A DNA stretch of 64,000 bases from Sphingobacteriales bacterium. GTDB taxonomy: Bacteria; Bacteroidota; Bacteroidia; Chitinophagales; Chitinophagaceae. Both the position numbers and the translations under genes were made by a program. Of the stretch, positions 39,032 through 49,053 are shown piece by piece (position 1 is the first letter of the stretch; each line of letters opens with the position of its first letter). The stretch covers positions 1,071 to 65,070 of the forward strand of contig JAIXWS010000089.1 in assembly GCA_027491165.1 (NCBI GenBank), given 5' to 3'. The notes beneath the pieces are model-generated. The model was not told the origin of the DNA, did no database searches, and was given only the letters and a program-made list of their open reading frames with translations.

Positions 39032-39412
39032 ATGTCCATGAAAACACTCTTTTCCACGGTAAGCACAATGTTTGTGTTAGGCCTTTTGCTTGTTCAGACA
39101 GCTTGTTATAAAGATAACAGAGAATCCATGTATCCGAGTACCCTTGTGTGCAATACAGATAGTATCACTTGGAGTAAAGACATTAAAGTTGTCGTCGATA
39201 ACGCCTGCGCTACAAGTGGCTGCCATAGTAATGCTGCTGCAGCCGGGGCTTATGATTTGAGTAATTATACAGGTGTAAAAACGATGGTGGATAACAATCG
39301 TTTTCTTGCAGTAATTGAATCGGGCTCAATGCCTAAAGGTGCTGCTCCTTTGGATAAATGTACCATTAATAAAATCCGGAGTTGGATTGCTCAAGGAGCC
39401 TTACAAAACTAA
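39032..39412 (+). CDS. small lipoprotein with a cytochrome-c-like (PSCyt1-like) domain carrying a CX4CH motif
   Basis: Lipobox LVQTAC. NACATSGCHS, then the MPKG...L...I..IRSWIAQGA pattern typical of that domain. Confidence 0.55.
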   Translation: MSMKTLFSTVSTMFVLGLLLVQTACYKDNRESMYPSTLVCNTDSITWSKDIKVVVDNACATSGCHSNAAAAGAYDLSNYTGVKTMVDNNRFLAVIESGSMPKGAAPLDKCTINKIRSWIAQGALQN

Positions 39413-39434
39413 TTAAACCAAAGCCATTTATTTT

Positions 39435-40400
39435 ATGAATTCGATAGTTGTCCATTCTGCAAAGACCCTTTTGTTGGCCTTAATGCTTATAGCGAGCAGC
39501 GATAGGCTTTCAGCACAAACCGATAGTACATCTTACGACGAATTATCTAAGTTGTTGGATGAAAATACCGATAAATCGGTTAAGGAATATAGCTATGGTG
39601 CGTTTAAAACTACACGGGTAATTAATGGGCATAGTATTGAGAATACGGGAAAAGGAATTCTCGATTTTAAAATTTCTCATCGCTTTAGCCCGATGAGTGG
39701 CGGTGTACATGAGTTTTTTGGTTTAGACGGAGCAAGCATTCGTCTTGGTCTTGATTATGGCGTTAGCGATGCCATCACTGTAGGACTTGGTCGTAGTAGC
39801 ATGTACAAGGAATATGATGGATATGTAAAAGCCAAAATACTTCGTCAGACCAACAAAAATGAAATGCCGATTAGTCTTTCTTATGTTGGAGGGATGTCTG
39901 TCACATCGCTGCAAACAGAAAGATTATTTCGAACCCTTGTAGCGCCCGAGAAATATCCCTTTAGCAACAGGCTGTTTTATTTTAATCAATTGCTCATCGC
40001 GCGTAAAATCAGTAATGCTCTTACCCTACAATTGACTCCTACCCATGTACACTACAATTTTGTAGAGACAGCTGCTGAACCTAATGATATACTCGCTTTA
40101 GGTGCTGGTGGTCGCATTAAGTTCAATAAAAGACTTACCCTTAATCTAGAGTATTTTTATCAGTTCACACAGTTGAATAATACCACTAATTCTTTGAGTG
40201 TTGGTATTGATATTGAAACAGGTGGTCATGTTTTTCAATTGCATTTTTCTAACTCTAGTGGTATGACAGAGAGAACTTTTATTGCTCAAACTACAGATAG
40301 ATGGGGTGATGGTGGATTTCGTTTTGGTTTCAATATTGCACGCGTCTTTACTGTGGTAAAGCCTAAAGGTTTTGAAAACGCAAAGAATAAAATTTGGTAG
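39435..40400 (+). CDS. outer-membrane beta-barrel protein (DUF5777-like)
   Basis: Signal peptide ending SAQ. Amphipathic beta-strands throughout. 321 aa, 22 nt after the preceding lipoprotein gene. Confidence 0.65.
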   Translation: MNSIVVHSAKTLLLALMLIASSDRLSAQTDSTSYDELSKLLDENTDKSVKEYSYGAFKTTRVINGHSIENTGKGILDFKISHRFSPMSGGVHEFFGLDGASIRLGLDYGVSDAITVGLGRSSMYKEYDGYVKAKILRQTNKNEMPISLSYVGGMSVTSLQTERLFRTLVAPEKYPFSNRLFYFNQLLIARKISNALTLQLTPTHVHYNFVETAAEPNDILALGAGGRIKFNKRLTLNLEYFYQFTQLNNTTNSLSVGIDIETGGHVFQLHFSNSSGMTERTFIAQTTDRWGDGGFRFGFNIARVFTVVKPKGFENAKNKIW

Positions 40401-40470
40401 TTACTTTTGTATACATGTTTTAAATCGGATAAGGAATAAATTGTTGCCATATTAAATAGTTAATGACCTT

Positions 40471-40971
40471 ATGTTTGAGCTATACAAAAGTCAAATTATA
40501 GAGACAGGAATTACTTGTGCCATTTTTATTGTTCTCAAGTATTTTTCGCTTTATATAATCCGATTAACCATTGTGCGCTCTGCCTTTAAGCATCAAGAGC
40601 AAAAAGAGGTTGTTCGTTTGATCAATTTGATTTTTGTGCCCACATTTATAGTAGTAATAGCATCAATATGGGCTTTACAACAAAGTGAAATTTTAGTTTT
40701 TATTTCTTCTATTATTACTGTTATTGGGGTAGCTTTATTTGCCGAGTGGTCAATTTTATCAAACATCACAGCATATTTAGTCTTGTTTTTTAGCCATTCC
40801 ATGAAAATAGGAGACCGCATAAAAATTGACTCAGAAGGCTATTCTTTGGAAGGTGAGATTTTAGACATCACGTACTTTTTTATGTACATCAGAACAGACC
40901 GCTCTGAAACGATTACTATACCCAATGCTATTGTTCTCAAAAATCCCTTTTCAATTTTATCTGCCCACTAA
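40471..40971 (+). CDS. small mechanosensitive-channel (MscS) family protein
   Basis: Three TM helices followed by IGDRIKIDSEGYSLEGEILDITYFFMYIRTDRSETITIPNAIVL, an MscS beta-domain signature. Confidence 0.72.
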   Translation: MFELYKSQIIETGITCAIFIVLKYFSLYIIRLTIVRSAFKHQEQKEVVRLINLIFVPTFIVVIASIWALQQSEILVFISSIITVIGVALFAEWSILSNITAYLVLFFSHSMKIGDRIKIDSEGYSLEGEILDITYFFMYIRTDRSETITIPNAIVLKNPFSILSAH

Positions 40972-40995
40972 AAGTGTTTAAGCAAGATCAGTATT

Positions 40996-41214
40996 ATGAC
41001 GAGCGATCCAAAAGTTCTTTTAGACCTTGTACATTTTTCAATGCCTTTTGGGAAATACAAGGGTACTATTCTGTGTAATCTGCCCATTGCTTATTTAGAG
41101 TGGTTTCAACGTAAGGGTTTCCCAGCGGGGAAATTGGGTGTTCAATTGCAAACATTATATGAGATTAAGCTTAACGGATTGGAGTATTTATTAGAGCCCT
41201 TAAAAAAGAAATAA
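40996..41214 (+). CDS. DUF3820-like small protein
   Basis: MPFGKYKGTILCNLPIAYLEWFQRKGFPAGKLG motif. 72 aa. Confidence 0.7.
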   Translation: MTSDPKVLLDLVHFSMPFGKYKGTILCNLPIAYLEWFQRKGFPAGKLGVQLQTLYEIKLNGLEYLLEPLKKK

Positions 41215-42216
41215 GTGAATTTAAAAGTCCGTTTTACCATCTGTTTTGTGTTGTGTGTGCGCTTTTTATGGGCGCAAAACGCTAGCATTATTTTGCTCGA
41301 CTCTGGCAAAAATACCAGTTTGCGTGGTTTGAGTGTTGTGAATAATAAAGTTGTTTGGTGCAGCGGTAGCAATGGTACAGTGGCTAAAAGTATTAATGGA
41401 GGCAAAAGCTTTACTTGGCTTAGCGTTAATGGCTTTGAAAAGCGAGATTTTAGGGACATTGAAGCTTTTGATGCCCAAACGGCTCTAATTATGGCGGTGG
41501 GCGAACCAGCTGTTATATTAAAAACGAAAGATGGTGGTCGTGTTTGGGAAAAAGTTTTTGTAGATAGCCGAAAAGGGATGTTTTTAGATGCCATGTCTTT
41601 TGATAAAAATGGCCATGGAGTGTTAGTGGGTGACCCCATTGGTGGATATATGTTTCAAGCCCATACAAAAGATTTTGGTGACTCTTGGATGGCCTCTACA
41701 GCTTGTTCTGTAGCAAAAGGCGAAGCATTTTTTGCATCCAGTGGTACCAATATTCAATATCAGGTCAAGAATCGAATACCCTACACTTGGGTAAGTGGAG
41801 GAAGTCAATCTCGGATATTTGTGGGGGGTAAATATTATAGCTTGCCCATGGCTATGGGCAAAGAAAGTACCGGAGCTAATTCTATTGCAGTACGGAAAAA
41901 AAGATTGGTTATTGTAGGAGGTGATTTTGCAAATGATCAACGCAGGGATAGTAATTGTGTTTTGGTAAAGCTTCGTAAGGATATAAAATCCTATTTTCCG
42001 AAAACAGCCCCTTGGGGTTACAGAAGTTGTGTCATCTATTACCGTAAAAATAAATTGTTTAGCTGTGGTACCAGCGGTGTGGATGTGTCAAATGATGCTG
42101 GTAATACCTGGCAAAATATTTCAACACAAAGTTTTCATGTTATGCAAAAAGCCAAAAAAGGCAATGCTGTTTTTATGGCAGGTAGTAAGGGAAGAATTGC
42201 CCTTATGAATTTATAA
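41215..42216 (+). CDS. BNR/Asp-box repeat beta-propeller protein (Ycf48/sortilin-like)
   Basis: Signal peptide. Asp-box-like repeats SINGGKSFTW, TKDGGRVWEKV, TKDFGDSWMAS and SNDAGNTWQNI. GTG start abuts the upstream stop. Confidence 0.75.
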   Translation: MNLKVRFTICFVLCVRFLWAQNASIILLDSGKNTSLRGLSVVNNKVVWCSGSNGTVAKSINGGKSFTWLSVNGFEKRDFRDIEAFDAQTALIMAVGEPAVILKTKDGGRVWEKVFVDSRKGMFLDAMSFDKNGHGVLVGDPIGGYMFQAHTKDFGDSWMASTACSVAKGEAFFASSGTNIQYQVKNRIPYTWVSGGSQSRIFVGGKYYSLPMAMGKESTGANSIAVRKKRLVIVGGDFANDQRRDSNCVLVKLRKDIKSYFPKTAPWGYRSCVIYYRKNKLFSCGTSGVDVSNDAGNTWQNISTQSFHVMQKAKKGNAVFMAGSKGRIALMNL

Positions 42217-42322
42217 GTTTTGAAAGGAGTACAGGTCTTTTGTGCATCTGCATTCTTAATTCAGGAGGCCCTCCTTGCAAAATCAGGCTAAAGCGCAATT
42301 GCTCTTAATGGAACGCTTGCAT

Positions 42323-42364
42323 AAAAAAAGCGCCCCAAAATAATATTTGTTTCGGGCGCTTTTC
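42323..42364. terminator. bidirectional terminator between convergent genes
   Basis: agcgccc/gggcgct stem with a large loop, flanked by an A7 run and a T4 run. It sits between the BNR gene (+) and purH (-). Confidence 0.45.
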
Positions 42365-42383
42365 TAATTATAAAAAGGAAATT

Positions 42384-43862
42384 TTAGTGCTTGAAATGGC
42401 GTGCTTTAGTCATGACCATTGCCATGTCATTTGATTTGCAATATTCGATAGAATCGTTATCACGCATAGAGCCACCAGGCTGCACCACCGCTTGTATTCC
42501 TGCTTCTTTTGCCATTTTCACACAATCGTCAAAGGGGAAAAAGGCATCCGATGCCAATACCGCACCTTCTAGCGAAAAGCCAAATTGACGGGCCTTCTCA
42601 AGTGCTTGTCGTAAAGCATCAATACGGCTCGTTTGGCCACAACCTTTGCCTACTAATTGCAAGTTTTTGGCAATGGCAATAGCATTTGATTTAAGGTGTT
42701 TACAAATGATGTTGGCAAATCTCAAATCTGCTTGTTCTATTCCTGTAGCCTCTCTTGCACCTACATCTCGCCACTCTTCAAAGTTTACCGTATCGGCATC
42801 TTGGCTGAGTGTTCCATTCAGAACATTTTTGAATTGAGCTCTTGGTTTTAGTTCTTTTTTCTGCAATAGCAAGATTCTGTTTTTCTTGCTTTTCAATAAT
42901 TCCAAAGCTTCGGCATCAAATGCAGGTGCTACTAGTACTTCAAAAAATATTTCGTTTATTTTTTGGGCAGTAGCCATATTGATAGGGGCATTGGTAGCCA
43001 ATACACCCCCAAAAGCACTTTCGGGGTCTCCAGCTAAAGCAGCGTCCCAGGCGGCATCTACAGTAGGGCGTGATGCTACACCGCATACATTAGTATGCTT
43101 GATAACAGCAAATATGGTTTCATTGAATTCTGCTAATAAATTGCAAGCGGCATCAACATCTACGATGTTATTGTATGACAATTCTTTGCCGTTTAACTTT
43201 TCAAATAGTTCCTCTAAGTTGCCATTAAAAGAAGCTGCTTGATGGGGGTTTTCGCCATAGCGCAATACTTGTTTGGGTTGATTGAAATAATTAGAAATCG
43301 CTACATCATAAGTGGCGCATTCTGCAAAAGCCTCTGCTGCAAGCATTCTTCGTTCTTCAAGTGTGGTGCTTGAATTTCCTTTTGCCAATAAATTTAGTAC
43401 GGAAGGATATTGATTGCGTGAAGCCACAATACACACATCTTGGTGATTTTTGGCTGCGGCACGAATAAGAGAAACGCCACCAATGTCAATCTTCTCAATG
43501 ATTTTGGCTTCTTCGCTAGTGCTGGCTACGGTTTCTTCAAAAGGGTACAAATCAACGATAACCATGTCGAATAAGGGGATTTCAAATTCCGCAACATGTC
43601 TTTGATCTTCTTCAAAATCTCTACGAGCAAGGATGCCACCAAACACTTTGGGATGCAAGGTTTTTACACGACCGCCCAAAATGGATGGGTATGAGGTTAC
43701 CCCTTCAACGCTATGGCAGGGTAGGCCAAGACCTTCAATAAATGTTTGGGTACCCCCTGTAGAGTAAAGGCTAACGCCATCTTTGTGTAATTGGCGCACA
43801 ATGGGTTCCAAACCATCTTTGTAAAAAACAGAAATTAAGGCAGATTGAATTTTGCGATGCAT
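42384..43862 (-). CDS. purH: bifunctional AICAR transformylase / IMP cyclohydrolase
   Basis: MGS-like N-terminal domain (ALISVFYKDGL...STGGT) and an AICARFT domain (YGENPHQ, ASDAFFPF, VVQPGGSMRD). Confidence 0.95.
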   Translation of the reverse strand: MHRKIQSALISVFYKDGLEPIVRQLHKDGVSLYSTGGTQTFIEGLGLPCHSVEGVTSYPSILGGRVKTLHPKVFGGILARRDFEEDQRHVAEFEIPLFDMVIVDLYPFEETVASTSEEAKIIEKIDIGGVSLIRAAAKNHQDVCIVASRNQYPSVLNLLAKGNSSTTLEERRMLAAEAFAECATYDVAISNYFNQPKQVLRYGENPHQAASFNGNLEELFEKLNGKELSYNNIVDVDAACNLLAEFNETIFAVIKHTNVCGVASRPTVDAAWDAALAGDPESAFGGVLATNAPINMATAQKINEIFFEVLVAPAFDAEALELLKSKKNRILLLQKKELKPRAQFKNVLNGTLSQDADTVNFEEWRDVGAREATGIEQADLRFANIICKHLKSNAIAIAKNLQLVGKGCGQTSRIDALRQALEKARQFGFSLEGAVLASDAFFPFDDCVKMAKEAGIQAVVQPGGSMRDNDSIEYCKSNDMAMVMTKARHFKH

Positions 43863-43975
43863 AAAAGAGAACTAAAAAATGAAGCGCGAAGGTAGCCTTA
43901 TCCCTAAAAAATGCCAAATGATAAAAAGTAAAGAAAACACAAAAAAATTACCTTTTAAAAATGAAAGGAATAGGC

Positions 43976-44236
43976 TTATGGTGCACCTTTTAACTCTGCA
44001 AGCATTTTTTGGAACGTTTCTTTGTCATTTGCCCATCCTAGGCTAGTAATTTTCGACCAGCAAATTAAAAAGTCGTGAACACTAGCATAGTACACTTCTA
44101 TATCATCGGTGGTGACAAGTCTAATGACACCTTCGGCAGACACTTGGAGCGAAAACAAGTATTGGCGGTCTTTTTCAAGTCCTTTATTATCGGTTAGCGA
44201 TAAGGCTGTTACGAGTTGTGTAGTCATTTCTTGCAT
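43976..44236 (-). CDS. hypothetical small protein
   Basis: 86-aa ORF 18 nt downstream of the SET-domain gene on the same strand. No motif recognised. Confidence 0.45.
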   Translation of the reverse strand: MQEMTTQLVTALSLTDNKGLEKDRQYLFSLQVSAEGVIRLVTTDDIEVYYASVHDFLICWSKITSLGWANDKETFQKMLAELKGAP

Positions 44237-44254
44237 GGCGCAAAGGTAATTGCT

Positions 44255-44644
44255 TTATTCCTTCACATCAAACCAAAGTGGTTTTTCATCATTCCAATCG
44301 CCGTTGTAGTTGATACTTATTTCTTCGCCAGCAGCAATGGGACGCACCGATTGTATCGTTATGGTTTCTGTTGTGTAATCCATTGCATATTCGGCATTGC
44401 TGGCATAGGAATGGTTGTAAATGGGGACATTCCCCAAAGCCATGATGCATTGTGGCTCAGCATTCGGTGTCCACTCAAAAATATAGTCGTGTAACAAAGT
44501 TTTATCGAGCTGTTTTCTATCCTCTGCACTCATGATAATAACAGGTGCTATTTCTATGGTACTGAAAGCAGGTATGTTTTCAAGAGCAAAAATCCCGCGC
44601 CCTTTATTTTTTGTAGTGCGTATTTCGAGCTGGAAGAACATCAT
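44255..44644 (-). CDS. SET-domain protein (putative protein-lysine methyltransferase)
   Basis: KGRGIFALENIPAFSTI, NHSYASNAEY and GEEISINY are the core SET motifs. 129 aa. Confidence 0.8.
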   Translation of the reverse strand: MMFFQLEIRTTKNKGRGIFALENIPAFSTIEIAPVIIMSAEDRKQLDKTLLHDYIFEWTPNAEPQCIMALGNVPIYNHSYASNAEYAMDYTTETITIQSVRPIAAGEEISINYNGDWNDEKPLWFDVKE

Positions 44645-44657
44645 GATGGCAGAAAGT

Positions 44658-46043
44658 TTATTTGGTATTCATTACTGTCATCCAAGGTGCCAATTCAGGG
44701 CAACTTTGATATTCTTTATCAATTTTTAGGTAAAAACTGGGTAACTTTTCTTGCAGCCACTCGTTTTGTTTTTGTATTTGTTTCGATTTTAAAGCCACCT
44801 CTTGAATATTGCTGTAATCATCTACTAGATTGGCTTTGTGCGGTTCATTCTTGCTTTTGAGGTATACGATACGACAAGCTTTATCACCCGTTTGTGGGTT
44901 AGTAAAAATCTGTGGTTGGGAAAAACTGCCTGATGTCAGACTGTCAATGGCTAATACCATGGCTGGGTCTAAGTCTTTGATTTGTAGGCGAGAATTACCG
45001 GTACGTTGGTCAGTAAGCATACCTCCAGTCATTTTACTGCTTTTTTCAGTACTGTATTTGCCTACAGCCAATTGAAATGTTATTTTGCCCGAGATCAACT
45101 CCGAACGCACACTGTCTAATTTCACCATAGTGCTTTTATAATCGCTCGAAGTGCGCTCTGCACGCACCAGGATATGTCTTAAATGCACTTTATCACCCTG
45201 GCGTGCTACTAATTGTATGATGTGATAGCCAAATTCTGTTTTTACGATGGGCGAAATTTCACCCACTTGTAATTTAAATCCTGCTTTTTCAAATTCAGGT
45301 ACCATCTGTCCATGTTGCACCCAACCAAGATCTCCACCTTGGTCTTTACTGCCTGGATCAATACTATAGATCCCTGCCATGGTTTCGAAACTTTTGCCTT
45401 CTTCTTTAACTTGTTTGCGAATATCTTCCAGCTTAGTGCGCGCATAATTATCCATTTCGGGACTGGCCGGAGGGTCTATTACGATTTGTCCCAACTCTAC
45501 ACTAGCCGGGAAATAGGGTAGGCTATCGCTGGGGATTTGCTCGAAATATTTTCTTACTTCTACAGGAGTGATTTTTACTGATTTGAGAATTTGACCTTTC
45601 ATTTGGTCGGCAATCATCATTTCTTTAATCATCTCGCGATTATCTTCCTTCATTTGGTATACGGTACGTCCCATCTGCTCTTCGAGTCTTTCTTGCGAGC
45701 CAGCCATACTGATGTAATAACGAATGCGCTGCTCCATATTGGCATCCACTTCTTCTTCGCTCACCACCACACTATCGCGGTCGGCCTGCTCTGCCAATAA
45801 TTTTTGAAAAATCATCTCTTGCAGCAAAGTGCATTTAATGCTATCGCTGATGTTTGGGTTTTCGGCTTTGTATTGCCCAAAGTTTTGTTCTAAGTCTGAT
45901 TGAAGGATAATGCGGCTTTTGCCTATTTTGGCAATAATACGGTCAGCACTTTGATTGTTTTGAGCATAGCTGCTACCGGCCAAAATGCTAATGATGAAAC
46001 TAAAAACTATAATAAACTTGCGCGAGCAAAAAGATAAAAACAT
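44658..46043 (-). CDS. SurA-like periplasmic chaperone / parvulin-type peptidyl-prolyl isomerase
   Basis: Signal peptide. SurA-like N-domain. Parvulin domain with GGDLGWV...FGYHIIQL. Confidence 0.85.
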   Translation of the reverse strand: MFLSFCSRKFIIVFSFIISILAGSSYAQNNQSADRIIAKIGKSRIILQSDLEQNFGQYKAENPNISDSIKCTLLQEMIFQKLLAEQADRDSVVVSEEEVDANMEQRIRYYISMAGSQERLEEQMGRTVYQMKEDNREMIKEMMIADQMKGQILKSVKITPVEVRKYFEQIPSDSLPYFPASVELGQIVIDPPASPEMDNYARTKLEDIRKQVKEEGKSFETMAGIYSIDPGSKDQGGDLGWVQHGQMVPEFEKAGFKLQVGEISPIVKTEFGYHIIQLVARQGDKVHLRHILVRAERTSSDYKSTMVKLDSVRSELISGKITFQLAVGKYSTEKSSKMTGGMLTDQRTGNSRLQIKDLDPAMVLAIDSLTSGSFSQPQIFTNPQTGDKACRIVYLKSKNEPHKANLVDDYSNIQEVALKSKQIQKQNEWLQEKLPSFYLKIDKEYQSCPELAPWMTVMNTK

Positions 46044-46118
46044 AATGAGGTATTATAAAGTAGCGTGCCAACAAAAATAAGCCTTTGGGCTGTGAATGTA
46101 GTTTGTCTGGAGATTTAT

Positions 46119-47216
46119 TTAACGTTTTGGCGTTTTACTCAATCTAGGGTCAAATAGACCTTTGAAATTTCGATTTAGGTTATAAATATCTGAAGAGCTC
46201 AATTTCAAGGGGTTTTTGCTCCGATTTTTTTCCAAATTTTGAATATCATCTGCAAAAGTGCTGGCCCAGTTGTTGTACTGTTGTGGGTTTTCGGCTTTGC
46301 CGAGTAGCCATTGGTTGTAGGCATCATAATAGCCATCGCGCATCATTTGTTCCTGATAATCGAACAAAGCAAAAGGGTATTGTCTTGCAAAATGATCTTG
46401 CCAGTGCACCATAAAGCGACTGCGCAGCATGATTAAGTTCTCGGTTGTGATGCCATCGCTCACTACAAAAAATAAGTTGAGGTAGGTTTTTTTAACCGCT
46501 TCTTCAAAGTTGCGGGGTGTTTGTACAAGACTCATGTCCCCAGTAGGATTTTTTGTGGGCGTGAAAAACAACTTTTGATAAGCATCTAATAATAAAATGC
46601 GCATATCATTGCCGCGCTGTGTATTCGGTTCTTTATTCACAAATATCTCGCCATAAAGAATAGCCCAAATTACTTGTTCTGTTTGCACATAGGCTATTGC
46701 TGCTTCAAGATAATTTAGGTGAAAATTGGGCTCTGCTGCTATGCCGTCTAGCCAAGATTTTAGGGCATTTTCATAGTTTTTAAGCTTTTTAAATTGAAGT
46801 CCCTGCTCGTAAAAAAGCAATCCAGATTTTGGATTTTTAGTAAGGCCATCTGCCAACATTTTCTGTGCTTTTTTTTCATCATTGAGCCCAAGATAGGCCT
46901 GAGCGGCAATTCTATAACACTCGGCATCTGCAGTATTGCTTGCCCAAAGAGGCTCAAGGATACCCAGAGCATTCTGATGGTTACCAGCCAATTGATAGCT
47001 TTGAGCTAAAGATTTTTTAACCAAAAAACTATTGGGTTCTAAGGGTAATATTTTTTGAAATATGGCCACAGCTTCGTTGGCATTGCCTCGGCTAAGAGTG
47101 CTTATCCCTTGGGTGTACATTTGTTCCATCTCTGGTGAAGACCATTGTTGGGCGATAGCATGATACCCCCATAATAGCATTACCACAAGGTAAAGAAGTA
47201 TATTTTTTGTTTTCAT
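46119..47216 (-). CDS. TPR-repeat protein, secreted
   Basis: Signal peptide. TPR-like helical repeats (AVAIFQKIL, AAQAYLGL, ALKSWLDGI). Confidence 0.65.
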   Translation of the reverse strand: MKTKNILLYLVVMLLWGYHAIAQQWSSPEMEQMYTQGISTLSRGNANEAVAIFQKILPLEPNSFLVKKSLAQSYQLAGNHQNALGILEPLWASNTADAECYRIAAQAYLGLNDEKKAQKMLADGLTKNPKSGLLFYEQGLQFKKLKNYENALKSWLDGIAAEPNFHLNYLEAAIAYVQTEQVIWAILYGEIFVNKEPNTQRGNDMRILLLDAYQKLFFTPTKNPTGDMSLVQTPRNFEEAVKKTYLNLFFVVSDGITTENLIMLRSRFMVHWQDHFARQYPFALFDYQEQMMRDGYYDAYNQWLLGKAENPQQYNNWASTFADDIQNLEKNRSKNPLKLSSSDIYNLNRNFKGLFDPRLSKTPKR

Positions 47217-47345
47217 TTAGCTGCAAACTTACTGAGCAAAAGGCAGATTTGAATCATCCTACTTATCGGTCTATTTTAATTAGCTATTGAAAGGTGTCTC
47301 TTTTGCAAAAACTTTCGAGTATTTTCGCTCTAATATTCCACTGAT

Positions 47346-48368
47346 ATGAATTTACATGCAGAAAAGGCCGTAGTGCTGATGAACCTTGGTTCGCCCGATA
47401 CGCCCAGTACTAAAGATGTTCGCCGTTACCTCAATGAATTTTTGATGGATAACCGCGTTATTGATAAATATTCTTACCTATTTAGATTGCTATTGGTAAA
47501 GGGCATTATTGTTCCTTTGCGTGCCCCCAAATCGGCACATGCTTACCAGTCTATCTGGACCAAAGATGGTTCACCTTTAATTGTCATTACCAAACAATTA
47601 CAAGAAGCCGTGCAGGCTCATACAGAATATCCTGTTGAAATCGCTATGCGTTATGCCAATCCTTCGCCCAAAGCAGCTTTCGATAAATTGGCAGCCACCA
47701 TGCCCCATCTTAAAGAAGTCATTTTAGTGCCAATGTATCCGCATTATGCAATGAGTAGTTTCGAAACGGGTGTTGTGTATGCACAAGAAGTTCATGTCCA
47801 AGAAAATTACCCTTTTAAGCTAAGTATTATAGAGCCTTACTATAATAAGAAGGAGTACATCCATGCTATGAGTGCCAATATTGCACCGCATTTGCAGCAA
47901 GAGTACGACCATATATTGTTTAGTTTTCACGGCATCCCAGAGCGCCATTTAAAAGTGAGCGACCCGACAAAAAAACACTGTCTTACTTGCGAAAATTGTT
48001 GCGAAACCCCATCGGAGGCTCATGCAACCTGTTATCGTCATCAATGTCTTGAAACAATGAGATTGGTGGCCGAAGAATTAAATATCCCAAAGGAAAAGTA
48101 TAGTTATGCTTTCCAAAGTCGTTTGGGTAGAGAGCCTTGGTTAAAACCCTATACGGATATTAGGCTTAAAGAAATGCCTAAAGAAGGTATTAAAAAGTTG
48201 TTGATTCTTTGCCCTGCTTTTGTTAGCGATTGTTTAGAAACGCTCGAAGAAATCCAGATGGAGGGCGAGGAGATTTTTAAAGAGGCAGGTGGTGAACGTT
48301 ATGAAATGATTCCTTGCATGAATGTACACCCCGAATGGGTTAAAACGCTCGCTAGTTGGGTCAATTAA
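47346..48368 (+). CDS. hemH: ferrochelatase
   Basis: VLMNLGSPD, PMYPHYAMSS and SFHGIPERH motifs plus the C-terminal LETLEEI. 340 aa. Confidence 0.93.
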   Translation: MNLHAEKAVVLMNLGSPDTPSTKDVRRYLNEFLMDNRVIDKYSYLFRLLLVKGIIVPLRAPKSAHAYQSIWTKDGSPLIVITKQLQEAVQAHTEYPVEIAMRYANPSPKAAFDKLAATMPHLKEVILVPMYPHYAMSSFETGVVYAQEVHVQENYPFKLSIIEPYYNKKEYIHAMSANIAPHLQQEYDHILFSFHGIPERHLKVSDPTKKHCLTCENCCETPSEAHATCYRHQCLETMRLVAEELNIPKEKYSYAFQSRLGREPWLKPYTDIRLKEMPKEGIKKLLILCPAFVSDCLETLEEIQMEGEEIFKEAGGERYEMIPCMNVHPEWVKTLASWVN

Positions 48369-48395
48369 GCTTTATTTTATAGAAAGAAACCTTGT

Positions 48396-48941
48396 ATGCT
48401 CTATATAAAAGCCCTGCATATCATCTTTATTGTTACTTGGTTTGCTGGGATGTTTTACATGCCGCGTTTGTTTATTTATAATACAGAGGCTGCCGAAAAA
48501 AGCCCTGAAGTTCGAGATGCATTTCGTGCCCAATTTACTATCATGCTTAGGCGCTTATGGTATGGTATTACTTGGCCATCGGCTATATTGACTTTGCTTT
48601 TGGGGCCTTGGCTCTTAATTCAAATGGGCTATTGGGAAAATCTTTTGGAGGATTATAATCGCTGGTTGTTATTGAAACTTGCTTTGGTCATTTTATTGTA
48701 TGCCTATCATTTTACTTTGCACATCATTTTTAAACAGCAATGTTTGGGTATTTTTAAATACAGTTCGCAACAATTAAGGATTTGGAATGAGATGGCCACC
48801 ATTTTCTTAATAGCCATCGTCATGTTAGTGGTGGTTAAACAAGAAATAAGCCTATTGTGGGGCTTGATCGGTTTGATTCTGTTTATTCTTTTGTTGATGA
48901 GTGCTATTAGCATTTATAAAGTACTTCGAAAAAAATCTTGA
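48396..48941 (+). CDS. hemJ: protoporphyrinogen IX oxidase HemJ (CopD/UPF0093 family)
   Basis: ALHIIFIVTWFAGMFYMPRLFIY N-terminus. Four or five TM helices. Adjacent to hemH. Confidence 0.82.
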   Translation: MLYIKALHIIFIVTWFAGMFYMPRLFIYNTEAAEKSPEVRDAFRAQFTIMLRRLWYGITWPSAILTLLLGPWLLIQMGYWENLLEDYNRWLLLKLALVILLYAYHFTLHIIFKQQCLGIFKYSSQQLRIWNEMATIFLIAIVMLVVVKQEISLLWGLIGLILFILLLMSAISIYKVLRKKS

Positions 48942-49053
48942 TGCCCTCATAGGGATTTCTAAATCGGCATGAGCGATTAGCCAGCTTTCATTAAAGGCCT
49001 TAAGGCTCCAATTAATTGAGGATATTTAGCTAAATGTTCTTAGCGCAAAAAGA

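Noticed and set aside
41142-41639. 165-aa minus-strand ORF
   Set aside because: It is antisense to the BNR-repeat gene and the DUF3820 gene, both of which have clear family motifs.
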